Positions 53,201 through 64,000 of a stretch of DNA of 64,000 nt are shown piece by piece. The position numbers and the translations under genes were made by a program. The stretch lies in the NCBI GenBank assembly GCA_002269645.1, contig NIVC01000538.1:124001-188000 (forward strand), in the 5' to 3' direction. The notes beneath the pieces are model-generated. The model worked only from the letters and a program-made list of their open reading frames with translations. It did no database searches and was not told where the DNA came from. This DNA comes from Macrostomum lignano (taxonomy: Eukaryota). Numbering within the stretch: the stretch's first letter is position 1; each line of letters starts with the position of its first letter.

Positions 53201-53897
53201 AGTAATAGCACACCTGGAACTCCTGTTCAATACTGGCACACCTGGAACTCCTGTTCAATACTGGCACACCTGGAACTCCTGTTTAGTACTGGCACACCTG
53301 GAACTCCTGTTCAGTACTGGCACACCTGGAACTCCTGTTCAGTACTGGCACACCTGGAACTCTTGTTCAATACTGGCACACCTGGAACTCCTGTTTAACA
53401 CTGGCACACCTGGAACTCCTGTTCAGTACTGGCTCACCTGGAACTCCTGTTCAGTACTGGCACACCTGGAACTCCTGTTCAGTACTGGCACACCTGGAAC
53501 TCCTGTTCAGTACTGGCACAACTGGAACTCTTGTTCAATACTGGCACACCTGGAACTCCTGTTCAATACTGGCACACCTGGAACTCCTGTTCAGTAATGG
53601 CACACCTGGAACTCCTGTTTAGTACTGGCACACCTGGAACTCCTGTTCAGTACTGGCACACCTGGAACTCCTGTTCAGTACTGGCACACCTGGAACTCCT
53701 GTTCAGTACTGGCACACCTGGAACTCCTGTTCAATACTGGCACACCTGGAACTCCTGTTCAGTAATGGCACACCTGGAACTCCTGTTCAGTACTAGCACA
53801 CCTGGAACCCCTGTTCAGTACTGGCACACCTGGAACCCCTGTTCAGTACTGGCACACCTGGAACCCCTGTTTAACACTGGCACACCTGGAACTCCTG
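50240..53897. repeat. 28-bp satellite ctggcacacctggaactcctgttcagta, about 130 units, with a 560-bp higher-order repeat
   Basis: Period 28; variant pattern recurs at 51541, 52101 and 52661. Confidence 0.97.
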
Positions 53898-54157
53898 ATG
53901 AGTGCTGGAACGCACAGATTATAGTCAACTACACTTTGAGACTTTTTGCACCATCAACTAGTTTAATGGATATCCGTTTATCCGAAAAGCTATTTTTCAT
54001 TAATTAATAACTTTAATTCGGATCCGCGTTGAGAAAAATTATCTTCATCTGTATTTTAATATAGAAAATCACTGAACTTCATTGAGAAACTGCACAGAAT
54101 ATAAGAACAGAGTCAGTCGCGAGGATGCACCAGCAGAATGGCAGGGTGTGGAATTCG

Positions 54158-57100
54158 TCACAACTTGGCCCTGGCGGTGGGGTTGTGCCGCTCCAGCAGC
54201 CTGTTGGCCGCGTGCCAGATCCAGACGCTGTGCACCGACCGAGGCAAACTGAGGCTGCTGAATGCGAACTCAGGATCTGCCGGTGCAAAATGTGAAGTTT
54301 GTGCGGCGGTGAATGCGTCTGGTGTGGGATCAGGTGTGTCTTGCGTGGGATCGGGATTGATGCAGCTTTATAATGCACTTAGCTATCTCCTATACATGTC
54401 GGATTCCATCCTCCAAATAATTGTACTTTCTGTTTTGCAATTCAGCCTCGTACTTTTCAGTTAGCCGACTCACTTTCACTTTGTCTCCCATGCTTTTTCC
54501 CACAGACTATCGTAACCGTTACTTTACCACAGATATTTCAGCTGGCCTGTTCGCTATGTTAGCATAAATACAAGTTCAACTCGCCTTCTCCTCTGCTACA
54601 CTTCTTTTCTGTCCCGCTAATCACTTATAATATTAGTTAATTGTCACTTCGACAATTCTCATAGCTGTCACCGAATTCACTAGTGTAAAGGGTGCCTAGC
54701 ACGGTCCTCGAACTTTACCAACGCCCGCCAAGGCCAAAAACCTGACCCTAAAGAGAACCCAATTCGAGTGTAGGAGCAGTGGAGACGCACCTTGAGTCTC
54801 GGCAAACCGATCTGCTGCAGCTTGCAGCAGGCCGATGGGAACCGAGAGGCTGACGCTGTGACAGTTTTGGTCCGGGGAGTGCAGCCTGCAAGGGTTGAAG
54901 CGCGGGGTTGAACAGAATGAGGAACAGGTGTTTTTGGTCTTGAGCAGCTGAGTGATCAGTTTGAGCAGCTGACTGATCAGTTTGAGCAGCTGAGTGATCA
55001 GTTTGAGCAGCTGACTGATCAGTTTGAGCAGCTGAGTGATCAGTTTGAGCAGTTGAGTGATCAGTTTGAGCAGCTGAGTGATCAGTTTGAGCAGCTGAGT
55101 GATCAGTTTGAGCAGCTGAGTGATCAGTTTGAGCAGTTGAGTGATCAGTTTGAGCAGCTGACTGATCAGTTTGAGCAGTTGAGTGATCAGTTTGAGCAGC
55201 TGAGTGATCAGTTTGAGCAGCTGAGTGATCAGTTTGAGCAGCTGAGTGATCAGTTTGAGCAGCTGAGTGATCAGTTTGAGCAGCTGAGTGATCAGTTTGA
55301 GCAGCTGAGTGATCAGTTTGAGCAGCTGAGTGATCAGTTTGAGCAGCTGAGTGATCAGTTTGAGCAGCTGAGTGATCAGTTTGAGCAGTTGAGTGATCAG
55401 TTTGAGCAGCTGAGTGATCAGTTTGAGCAGTTGAGTGATCAGTTTGAGCAGCTGAGTGATCCGTTTGAGCAGCTGAGTGATCAGTTTGAGCAGTTGAGTG
55501 ATCAGTTTGAGCAGCTGAGTGATCAGTTTGAGCAGCTGAGTGATCAGTTTGAGCAGTTGAGTGATCAGTTTGAGCAGCTGAGTGATCAGTTTGAGCAGCT
55601 GAGTGATCAGTTTGAGCAGCTGAGTGATAAGTTTGAGCAGCTGAGTGATAAGTTTGAGCAGCTGAGGGATCAGTTTGAGCAGCTGAGTGATAAGTTTGAG
55701 CAGCTGAGGGATCAGTTTGAGCAGCTGAGTGATCAGTTTGAGCAGCTGAGTTATTAGATTCAGGATCAGGTTGTCGGCTTGAGCACCGGAGAACCCCATG
55801 GACAGCGGAGCTCACCTGAGGTGTCCCACAGTCATGGCGACAGAATGGCCATCTTCAAGCGTCACTGGCCCGCCACTGAACCCGTTGAACACCGGGCACG
55901 AAGTCTGCGAGTGAGCGAATGATATTGAATATACCCGATCCCACACCAGACACATCCGATCCCACACCAGACACATCCGATCCCACACCAGACACACCCG
56001 ATCCCACACCAGACACACCCGATCCCACACCAGACACACCCGATCCCACACCAGACACACCCGATCCCACACCAGACACACCAATCCCACACAGACACAC
56101 CTGATCCCACACCAGAAGCTCACCTGCAAGGCTACAATCGGGCATTGGTCACCGGGCAAGCGGCCACCGAATTCGTGAACTATTCGACCCCGACTGAGCA
56201 TTGGGGGCCGGGCTGGGACAGCCCTTGGAACGGAAATCCGACGGCAATCACGGACTGTCCTGGATTGCGACGCGCATAATGGCAGGGATGAGGGCGGAAA
56301 GTAGCGATAAGAAGACACAAAGATCACTATTTCAGAACACATGAAGGTCAAAAAGCATCTCAGGACATTTGAAGGTCAATAAGCATCTCAGGACAGTTGG
56401 AGGTTAATAAACATCTCAGGACAATTGGAGGTTAATAAGCATCTCAGGACATTTGAAGGTCAATAAGCATCTCAGGACAGTTGGAGCTTAATAAACATCT
56501 CAGGACATTTGGAGGTTAATAAACATCTCGAACACTTGAAGGTCATTGCTCCCTCACCCAAGAGCTCTTTGCCGTCAGTTGCCAGCCGGTAAGCCACGCT
56601 CGGCAAGTCCGGCTCGTCGGGCTCCAACAGCACGAAGGCGACGTCGAACACAGGCGGCTGGGTGCGCCGGTTCGCCCACAGCAGCGTCGCTCTCCGCCAG
56701 GCCCAAGCGGGGTCGCTGAGGCCGAGATCAGCCGAGGAGGGCTGGGCCGGTCGAACGCGGTAGATTTCGGTCGGCTTGTCGGCTTGGACGACAAGGTGAG
56801 CGCAGGTCACCAGCAGCCGGGGCGTCAGGGCGATGGCGGCACCCCAGCGGCTGCCGTCCACCAACTCCAGGAGACAGGCGCCCGACCGGCTGGCGGCTGA
56901 AGGTTTTCAGTTTGCTCAAGTTACTCATAGCGCAACACAGGCTTGTAGGGAGTTGGGGATGCAGTTTACAAAGACTAGTGGGGAAGAAATTTTTGACAAA
57001 GACTAACAGCTTAAAAGACTTGTACGAGCCGTACTGTACGCAGGCACGCATTCACACATTCGCTCACACAGGGTGTACAGCAGCCCTGGCTTTCTAATCG

Positions 57101-57790
57101 TCAGGGATGTACACTCTCCGTGCCTTGGGGGTTGGGCCTCATGGATGTGAACTGGAGCTGGAGACTACAGAAGACAAGGGCCGCAAGAGGTGGGACACCC
57201 AGGCACAGGATATTTCAATCCCTGAACTGCCTACCAGCGCGGGGCCACAAAGCGTCTGCAGCCACCATCTGCACGGAGGGCTTCGCCAGCAGCCGCCCGC
57301 CAAGCAGCGCCAGCAGCCGCCCGGCTGGAAGCAGCGCCGGCCAGGTGAGTTCGGCGCCAGTCGTCGGCGCACAGACGCCAATTACGGCGCCAAGGACGGC
57401 GGCGGTGCCAGCGCCAGCGTCAGCAAGCGCGATGGCGCCATTCGCGAGGCGCCGTTCGGTGAACAGCTGGGCTTCCGGCAGAGCGGCCAGCAGGTAGCAG
57501 GAGGGCCCGGGCTGGCAGGTGACGCTGCCTGTTGGTCAATAAACCGGCAGAGCTTAGAAACTTTAACTGTTAAAAGTTAACAATGTGCCTACTATGCTAC
57601 TTACTTTCTATAGCTGCAGTAGTGCTTCCAGCACATAGCAACTTGACTGAGAATCCAAGAAAACTGCTGCTGCCTTCAGTTGAAACCATTGGGAAAGATT
57701 TGTATGCATTGGGCAAAGGTTTTACCAGCTCAAAGCATAAAATATGATTGAAGAATAGTTTAATGTGCAGAAATACATTAGTGACAGGGA
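54158..57790 (-). CDS. TYSND1: TYSND1-like peroxisomal leader-peptide-processing protease, 5'-incomplete. Exons ~57605-57790(?), 57235-57528, 56558-56896, 56124-56259, 55816-55904, 54791-54885, 54158-54276
   Basis: Trypsin-like triad: LVTCAHLV (His), FDVAFV (Asp), TSCPVFNGFSGGP (Ser); SLSVPIGLLQ; the spliced C-terminus ends ...ARAKL* (PTS1-type). Splice phases match except that exon 56124-56259 is 1 bp short at the G-run 56203-56207. Confidence 0.85.
54940..55755. repeat. 21-bp minisatellite tgagcagctgagtgatcagtt in a TYSND1 intron
   Basis: About 38 homogeneous units. Confidence 0.97.
55930..56115. repeat. 21-bp minisatellite ccgatcccacaccagacacac in a TYSND1 intron
   Basis: Period 21; an inverted copy lies at 54317-54356. 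Confidence 0.93.
56343..56540. repeat. 28-bp minisatellite gaaggtcaataagcatctcaggacattt in a TYSND1 intron
   Basis: Period 28 (56343/56371). Confidence 0.9.
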
Positions 57791-60700
57791 GTTCAAGAGG
57801 CTTAGAAAAAATTAAATCTACTGCTAGAATTTCTGGATTCACTTCCAACATTGGCTGATTAATTGCCTTAACATGAAACTGCCTTATTGACTGTAAATGC
57901 TTTGAATGCTTTTTATTAGCAAATATTACTAAATAGTTATTATTGAACATGAAGCCATAATGTTCTCTACAGTCCCCATGACATGTGAGAGTGCAAGGAA
58001 AGTACATTGCTCATGGACTCTGTTAGTCTTGCCAGTTCTGAAAGGAAAAATTAATCAAATTGCCATTATTTAAACTGAATTTAAATAAATCAATGTCTCA
58101 ATAAGTCATTACGTTTGTATAACAACTTTTTGGATTAATTCAATAGGTTCATATGCCCTAGCTTTAATTTTTATAAAGTATAACTTTAAATAGACTTAAA
58201 TTTGCACTTAGCCATGTTTAAAATTGCTCTAATAACCCACTTTATTAGAGGTTGCTATTCTTTTATATATACTAACAGCTAATACAAAATTATTAATCTT
58301 TTTAAAAAATAAAAAAAAAATTTTTATATATATATTTTTTTTATATCATAATTCATTTTAAAGTATATGAAATTAGACAGTTTGAATTTTGTGTATTAGT
58401 TAAACAGCACTCAAGAAATAATGTGAAAAGCCAGTTTTTTTAATTTAAAAAATAAAATATTGGTCTAAAATACAACAAAGAATTAATTATTTAATATTTG
58501 CTTGGAAGCTTAAAATTGAATAATATATGTTTTCTATGATTAGGTATAATTTTCTATGATATGATTGCTTTGATTAGATTTAGAAATCAATCAAGAAAAT
58601 TTATAGAATACATGTAGACCTAGCCACAACATAAAACTCAAAACCCATTTTTAATGTAATGGCTGAAGACAAGTTTTACTTGATGGGATATAACTTGGGA
58701 TATTGGACATGCATGATATATAAAAATATAAGGAAGACTGTATGATGTAAATAATAAGATATGACTATCAGCAATTTAAAACAAACAAAAATAAAACAAA
58801 CAAACGAATAGGAATAAAGAGTGTAGCTAAGTATATAATAAAAGAGAAGCAGTCGCTAATTCACCATGAAATACTGTTCTGCAGTTTAGTTTTGAAATAG
58901 ATCATAGACGACAGAGTTCTGGCAAAGTTATAATTTTAAGGTCAACTGGCGCTAACTCAATGAATCATGAGAATTCCAGCAGCCGAGAATGGGGTACAGA
59001 GCGAATACAAGCGCAGAGATCAAGACAATTTGTATCCTCTACCCTGGTCCCTGACTCCCTGGATGTGGATGATGATCATCAATATTTCCTAGAAAATATC
59101 AATTTTAAAAAGTTATACTTCCATGCCAAATAACAAGAATGAGCGAAAAAAACAGACAAAAATTCTAAGCTTTTAGACAGTTAAACTATTTATTATGTCA
59201 TTGAATGTGTTTGAGAATTTCAGTATAATTAGATTTTATGAGACATCAAATACTTAATAAATAATAACTTCATATGCACAAAAGGTATAACGTAATAACT
59301 TCTGACATTCTGACATTTACGAATGAGGTTATTCAGCAGTAGAACTCGAAACGAAATTTCCGGTTTGTAAAACTCGTGGGGCAACATCAAAATGTTACAA
59401 AAACAGGAATAGAGGCACACAGGAAAACAGGAAATACTACTTGATCGTAAGTAGTATTTATTGCTATTCAGTGGCGCAGGTTATCGTATTTGTACACGTA
59501 CACAGCATATATTGCTCTTAATTTTCTACGCACATATTTACATGCATACCGTAGCAATGAACTATGCACGGTAATGTACGTGTATGCCAACGATCACTGG
59601 TCTCGCGCTTCATGCATGTATCTCGTATTGCAACGAATATGAGACATATGTGTGACATGATGCAACATTTCACGTATGTTTCCGTGAGGATTTCGAAAGC
59701 TGTTTCAAAATCAACAGCTGCACATGCTACTTAATTTTGTTGAGCAAACGGTAGTATGCATAGCAAATTTCAACCAGTATCTAGCAACCTAAAACTCTTA
59801 GCTGTTACCCGATAAGATTCAGTCAGCTTTCTAAACTATTTTTTCTTTATTTCACGTATGTCTCCCCTGGAGAGGAAAATTCAATCGAAATATTCTCTCA
59901 GCCTCACCAGTTCCGCACCTGTTCTGCACAGTCGCAGAAAGCAAAAAAAGCAAGAACCGCGGTTGCCAAGTGGGAAGAGGCCACTTGAATGTCATGGGAG
60001 ATTTTTTCTATTTCCATCGCTTTCTGGGATAATCCGCGGCCCCAACAGCTTTCGGGGGAGGTTCGGGACAGGTGGGGAGAGAAATGGGAAAGCTGCTGAA
60101 AAAAGGGAGTCGGGGATGGGGAAGTGACAACAAATAGACAGAAAAAGTTTAGACTGCACCATGGGAAGCCACTTGAAGGCGGGTCGGTCCCGATGCATGC
60201 AGTGAGACACTTCTTCCCAACTAACTCCCCATATCCAGTTTGTGCGCGCTCTGACCGGCTAACTGGGTCGGCTGGCGCCTCTCCCGCCTGTTGGAGCTGC
60301 GGAGTCGCGGGTATGGGGGGGGGCGTGGCTGGGCGATCGCTGAAGCCGAATTTTCGGACAAGAGGCCGCTCGCTGCGGAATCTGTCGCTGTTCGAATGGG
60401 CCCGCCGCTGCGCCACATTCGTCACGCATTAATTCAGGCGGAGGCTGTGCGCTTTGATGGCGCGCCCAGCTGCATGCCTCGTCGCGTCATAAAAGCATTA
60501 TTAGCCAATGATGCGTCCTCTGTATAGCAGCCATAACAGGTGAAAACCAACAATTTTATTGTGCAGGTTTTTTAGTCCAAACGGAAAAGATTCCACTGTC
60601 GTATAGATGGACTCTGATTAAGCACCTTATTCTAGCATTTTCTGGTTAATGTCCTCTTGGTTCGAGGTTTCACCTGCGAACACACGTGTGTACGACTCGT

Positions 60701-60949
60701 ACATGACTGCCAATGGGAAAGTCATTGCCGCTTTACAACCCTGCGTGAGCGCATGCATGTGCTCAGCGTTCAAAACGTTTGAGCGCCTAATTTACAAGCC
60801 AAAGCGCCACTCCTGACGAGACCAACTGCATGTAAACTGCATTTATTCACCCCGCTCTGTACTCTCCTTTCGCTTCTCGCCAGAGAGTTACTATAAATGC
60901 GGATAAAGAAAATATGAGATATAACCTAGAGCACGGGCGGAAGAGAGGA

Positions 60950-61435
60950 AAGAGAAGATAGAGGAGAGAGAAGGGAGAGCGGGGAGAGAGCGGAGAGAGT
61001 GGAGAGAGGGGAGAGGGGAAATAAGGGCGAGAAGAGAGGGGAGAGAGGGGAGAGAGGGGAGAGAGGGGAGAGAGGGAGGAGAGGGATAGAGAGGAGAGAG
61101 GGGAGAGAGGGGAGAGAGGGGAGAGAGAGGAGAGAGGGGAGAGAGGGGAGAGAGGGGAGAGAGGGGGGAGGGGAGAGAGGGTATAGGGGGAAGAGAGCGG
61201 ATAGAGGGAGAGGGGAGAGGGAGAGGGGAGAGGGGAGAGGGGAGAGAGGAGAGGGGAGAGGGGAGAGAGGAGAGAGAGGAGAGAGGGAGAGAGGGAAGAG
61301 AGAGGAGAGGGGAAGAAGGGAGAGATGAGAGAGGTAAAAGAGGAGAGAGGGGAGAGAGGGGAGAGAGGGGAGAGAGGGGATAGGGGAAGAAGGGAGAGAA
61401 GAGAGAGGGGAAAGAGGAGAGAGGGAGGGGAGAAG
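60950..61435. repeat. GA-rich polypurine low-complexity tract
   Basis: Direct reading. Confidence 0.93.
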
Positions 61436-61956
61436 GGAAGGGTCACTGCAAAAACTGCAATAGCGAAATGACATTGACAGCACTCCAACCGACAGAGATC
61501 AAAAAATCTCACTAGTTCTCTCGACTGAACCTGAACCAACGCAAATTAAAGAATTGGAAAGATGAGATTCAGAAAGCATTGAATCAGTTTCTGTTTTCAG
61601 AATTTTCCGATAATAATTTTTCATCTGTCAAACTATTAGAAATAATTTCAGAAAGTCAAAATTCAATTTAAAAGCAAATATAAGAAAGCCAATTATTTGA
61701 GTTGGGGACCTCTTTGACGATTGATTTGAGTGCAGCAGTCAAACACTTGTGAGTTGTTTAGTTTATATTTAACGAACAAAAGAAGCAATTTGACAAATGA
61801 CAGGCAGATAGAATTTTGAAGCAGAGCTTGTGGAGCTGGAGCTGCCATCTATTAAATAATAAAGTAGCGGGCGATGGGCACAGTGTAAATCAGACACAAC
61901 AATTGAACAAATTGAAAGAATCATGCCTCGATTCTTGGTGCGCAGAAGTTCACATG

Positions 61957-62376
61957 TCACTGCCAGGCGTACAGGTGATGATGCTGCGGCTGCGGCGGCA
62001 CCTGATGATGCTGATAGTGCCCGGAAAATGCTGAGTAGGTGGCGGAGAAGTCATGCGGCATGGCGGCAGCGGAGACCGGGTACTGCAGGTGGGCGTGCCC
62101 GGTGTTGTAGGGAAGGTGTTGCTGCTGCTGCAGCGGCGGCTGCTGGGGCTGGTGGTACAGCTGATGCGGCTGCGGCTGCTGCAGCTCGGGACTGGAGTAC
62201 TCAGCTCCGCAGCCAGCGCTGCCTCCGTCCGCTGAGTCGCCACCCATCAGACGGCACCTGCCGGCGTAGGCGGCTGCAGCGGCGGCTGCGGCGGCAGCTG
62301 CTGCCTGCAGTTCTACGGACTTGTCCGCCTGCTGGCGCTTGACCTTGTAGCGCCGGTTCTGGAACCAGATTTTCAC
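61957..62376 (-). CDS. NK4: NK-class homeobox gene, 3' exon (NK4/tinman/Nkx2.3-2.5-like); upstream exon not found in window
   Basis: Acceptor ccccgcag|GTG then VKIWFQNRRYKVKRQQADKSVEL: Tyr54 of NK2-class homeodomains and a KRQxxDKSxEL tail like Nkx2.3/2.5; followed by poly-Ala and Gln/His-rich runs. Confidence 0.8.
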   Translation of the reverse strand: MKIWFQNRRYKVKRQQADKSVELQAAAAAAAAAAAAYAGRCRLMGGDSADGGSAGCGAEYSSPELQQPQPHQLYHQPQQPPLQQQQHLPYNTGHAHLQYPVSAAAMPHDFSATYSAFSGHYQHHQVPPQPQHHHLYAWQ

Positions 62377-64000
62377 CTGCGGGGGTGGCCGGACGGCATG
62401 ATTGATTGATCGATAGATTAGTCCCAATCTTCGCAAACGGTTAAATCAAATATTAATAGAATATTTTTCAATCCTTCGCAGAGCCAGTTCTTGTCAAATA
62501 TTTGCTCTTTTCTTGGCAAACGGCGACAAAAAGATAATGACTTCGAGAGGGCAGGCTTGAAACCTTAAACGGCACCGCCCACCCCACCGAACCGGAGGGG
62601 ATCGTATTAAACGATCTGGGAAGGGCGGTGAGCAAATAAAATCCTCAAGTGGCTCTCTCTATCGGCCTGGATAATTAAGAAGGAGGAGGAGGCGTAAGAG
62701 CGCCCCCGCCAAAGGTGGTGCCTGGGGCTGGGCAAGTCTGGGTGGGTGTTCCGGTGTGGAAGCTCGATTCTTCCCATGCAGACATCGATCCCGGATCGGC
62801 TTACGCAACCGGCTGCATTGGGCGGTAGCTGCTGATCTCTCTGGTTTCACTCCCGCTGCGAGGGAGAAGCTGCGCACAGGCGCACAATGCTTGCGAAGAG
62901 GCGCAACACGAGGCTTCCGCGAAATGACGGAGGACGTTTCAAGACATAGTCTGGTCTGAGGGACCCACCACCTGACTTCCGGGTCACTGATGGCCTCAAT
63001 GAAATCGGTTTTGTGCAAAATTATGATTGATTCATTAATAGTTTTGCAGCTGGTTGTAACTTTTCTTTAGCAGAAATACTCCGGTTTTGGGAAGCTTGCC
63101 TTTCAGATAAATAATTCTAATATATAGAGTCATAAATATTGATTTCCCAGGAAAGTTACACCCCATGGGAAGAGGCCAACCTTTTGACAAGCATTAAATA
63201 TGATAAATATTTAGACAACCGCGGGGCTAAATAGCTACCCGAGACTGCCAGCCATGCGCTTTTGTGAATAAATGATTACAGGAAATATGCTGGGAGAGCC
63301 TCGCTTTGACTGCACACCTATCTGCCTGTGGCATCGCGGAACCACTGAGTCTCACTCAAGCAACAATAATAGCAGTGTAATGTAATAATAAAGAGTAGAG
63401 AGAGAGACCACAACAAAGACTATAGGAAGCCGAACTTTGCTGACCTTGTCAAGCAATTGTGTTATAAGTCTGGCCTGAGCCAACCAATTTATCAACAGGT
63501 CAAATCGTACTATAAATACAAGATCGCAAAAGATCCCGGGTGTGCGCCCTTATCAGCTCAGATCTGCATTTCATTGGATCCGTATGGGCGGTGGCAGTTG
63601 TTTTTTGTCCCGTTATAAGCGCATTGAACTGTGCAGACCTGTCAGAGTCAGAGAGGCGCGGTTTCACTGTTTGCCTCATTCATTCACGGTCCCCTGCTCC
63701 TCTCCTCAGCTCCTCGCATGCGCGACCGAATTCAATTGGAATACTAAATGTAAAAGAGCTGTAGAGCCTGTTTGCCTTCTGTGCTTATCACTGCGGAGTC
63801 ATCGATGGGGGGGGGGCGTGCAAGAGACGAGAGTGGGAGGTTAGGAGACTGAAGGAGCCTTCTCTCAACGGAATTTCTCCGCAAATTTCAAGGTTAGATA
63901 TGTTCGTAAAATTAATTGTTCTTATTCTAATAGAGTTTGAGGTAAATTGAGGAAAACAGACAGTTCAGAAACCGTTGGAAACTATTGGAAACTGTTGGAA

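Noticed and set aside
53893-53925. Hammerhead ribozyme core (ctgatgag tgc tggaac gca c)
   Set aside because: The conserved GAAA after stem II is absent (agat) and no stems I/III are evident.
54696-54790. TYSND1 ending ...GKVRGPC as in the ORF track
   Set aside because: A donor at 54790 and an exon at 54158-54276 give a homologous C-terminus ending in the PTS1-type signal AKL.
62860-62925. Homeodomain N-terminal arm (RKPRV) of the NK gene
   Set aside because: The following sequence does not give helices 1-2 in any frame and there is no suitable donor; likely chance.

Overview
Eukaryotic (metazoan) genomic DNA with spliceosomal GT-AG introns, GC-rich exons and very dense minisatellites. The style suggests a free-living flatworm such as Macrostomum; this is an inference and was not checked. 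Genes I could reconstruct by hand, left to right: a 5' exon of one innexin (rest probably off the left edge), a complete 3-exon innexin, an intronless calcineurin-B-homologous protein (CHP), a damaged class-A GPCR apparently missing TM5, a 9-exon SH3-PX-BAR sorting nexin (SNX9/18/33 type), an intronless divergent alpha-tubulin, a TYSND1-like peroxisomal protease ending in AKL (5' end unresolved, one 1-bp frameshift), and the 3' exon of an NK4/tinman-like homeobox gene. Mobile DNA: a 4.85-kb element with ~520-bp terminal inverted repeats and an 8-bp TSD, two palindromic MITE-like inserts inside it, an older relative, and a tRNA-headed CORE-like SINE. About 30 tandem arrays fill introns and intergenic space; several are built from the adjacent splice site. 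Most long ORFs in the supplied track are repeat artefacts. No CRISPR array, rRNA or convincing tRNA gene was found. Gene identities come from my recall of family motifs, not from database searches; repeat boundaries are approximate.
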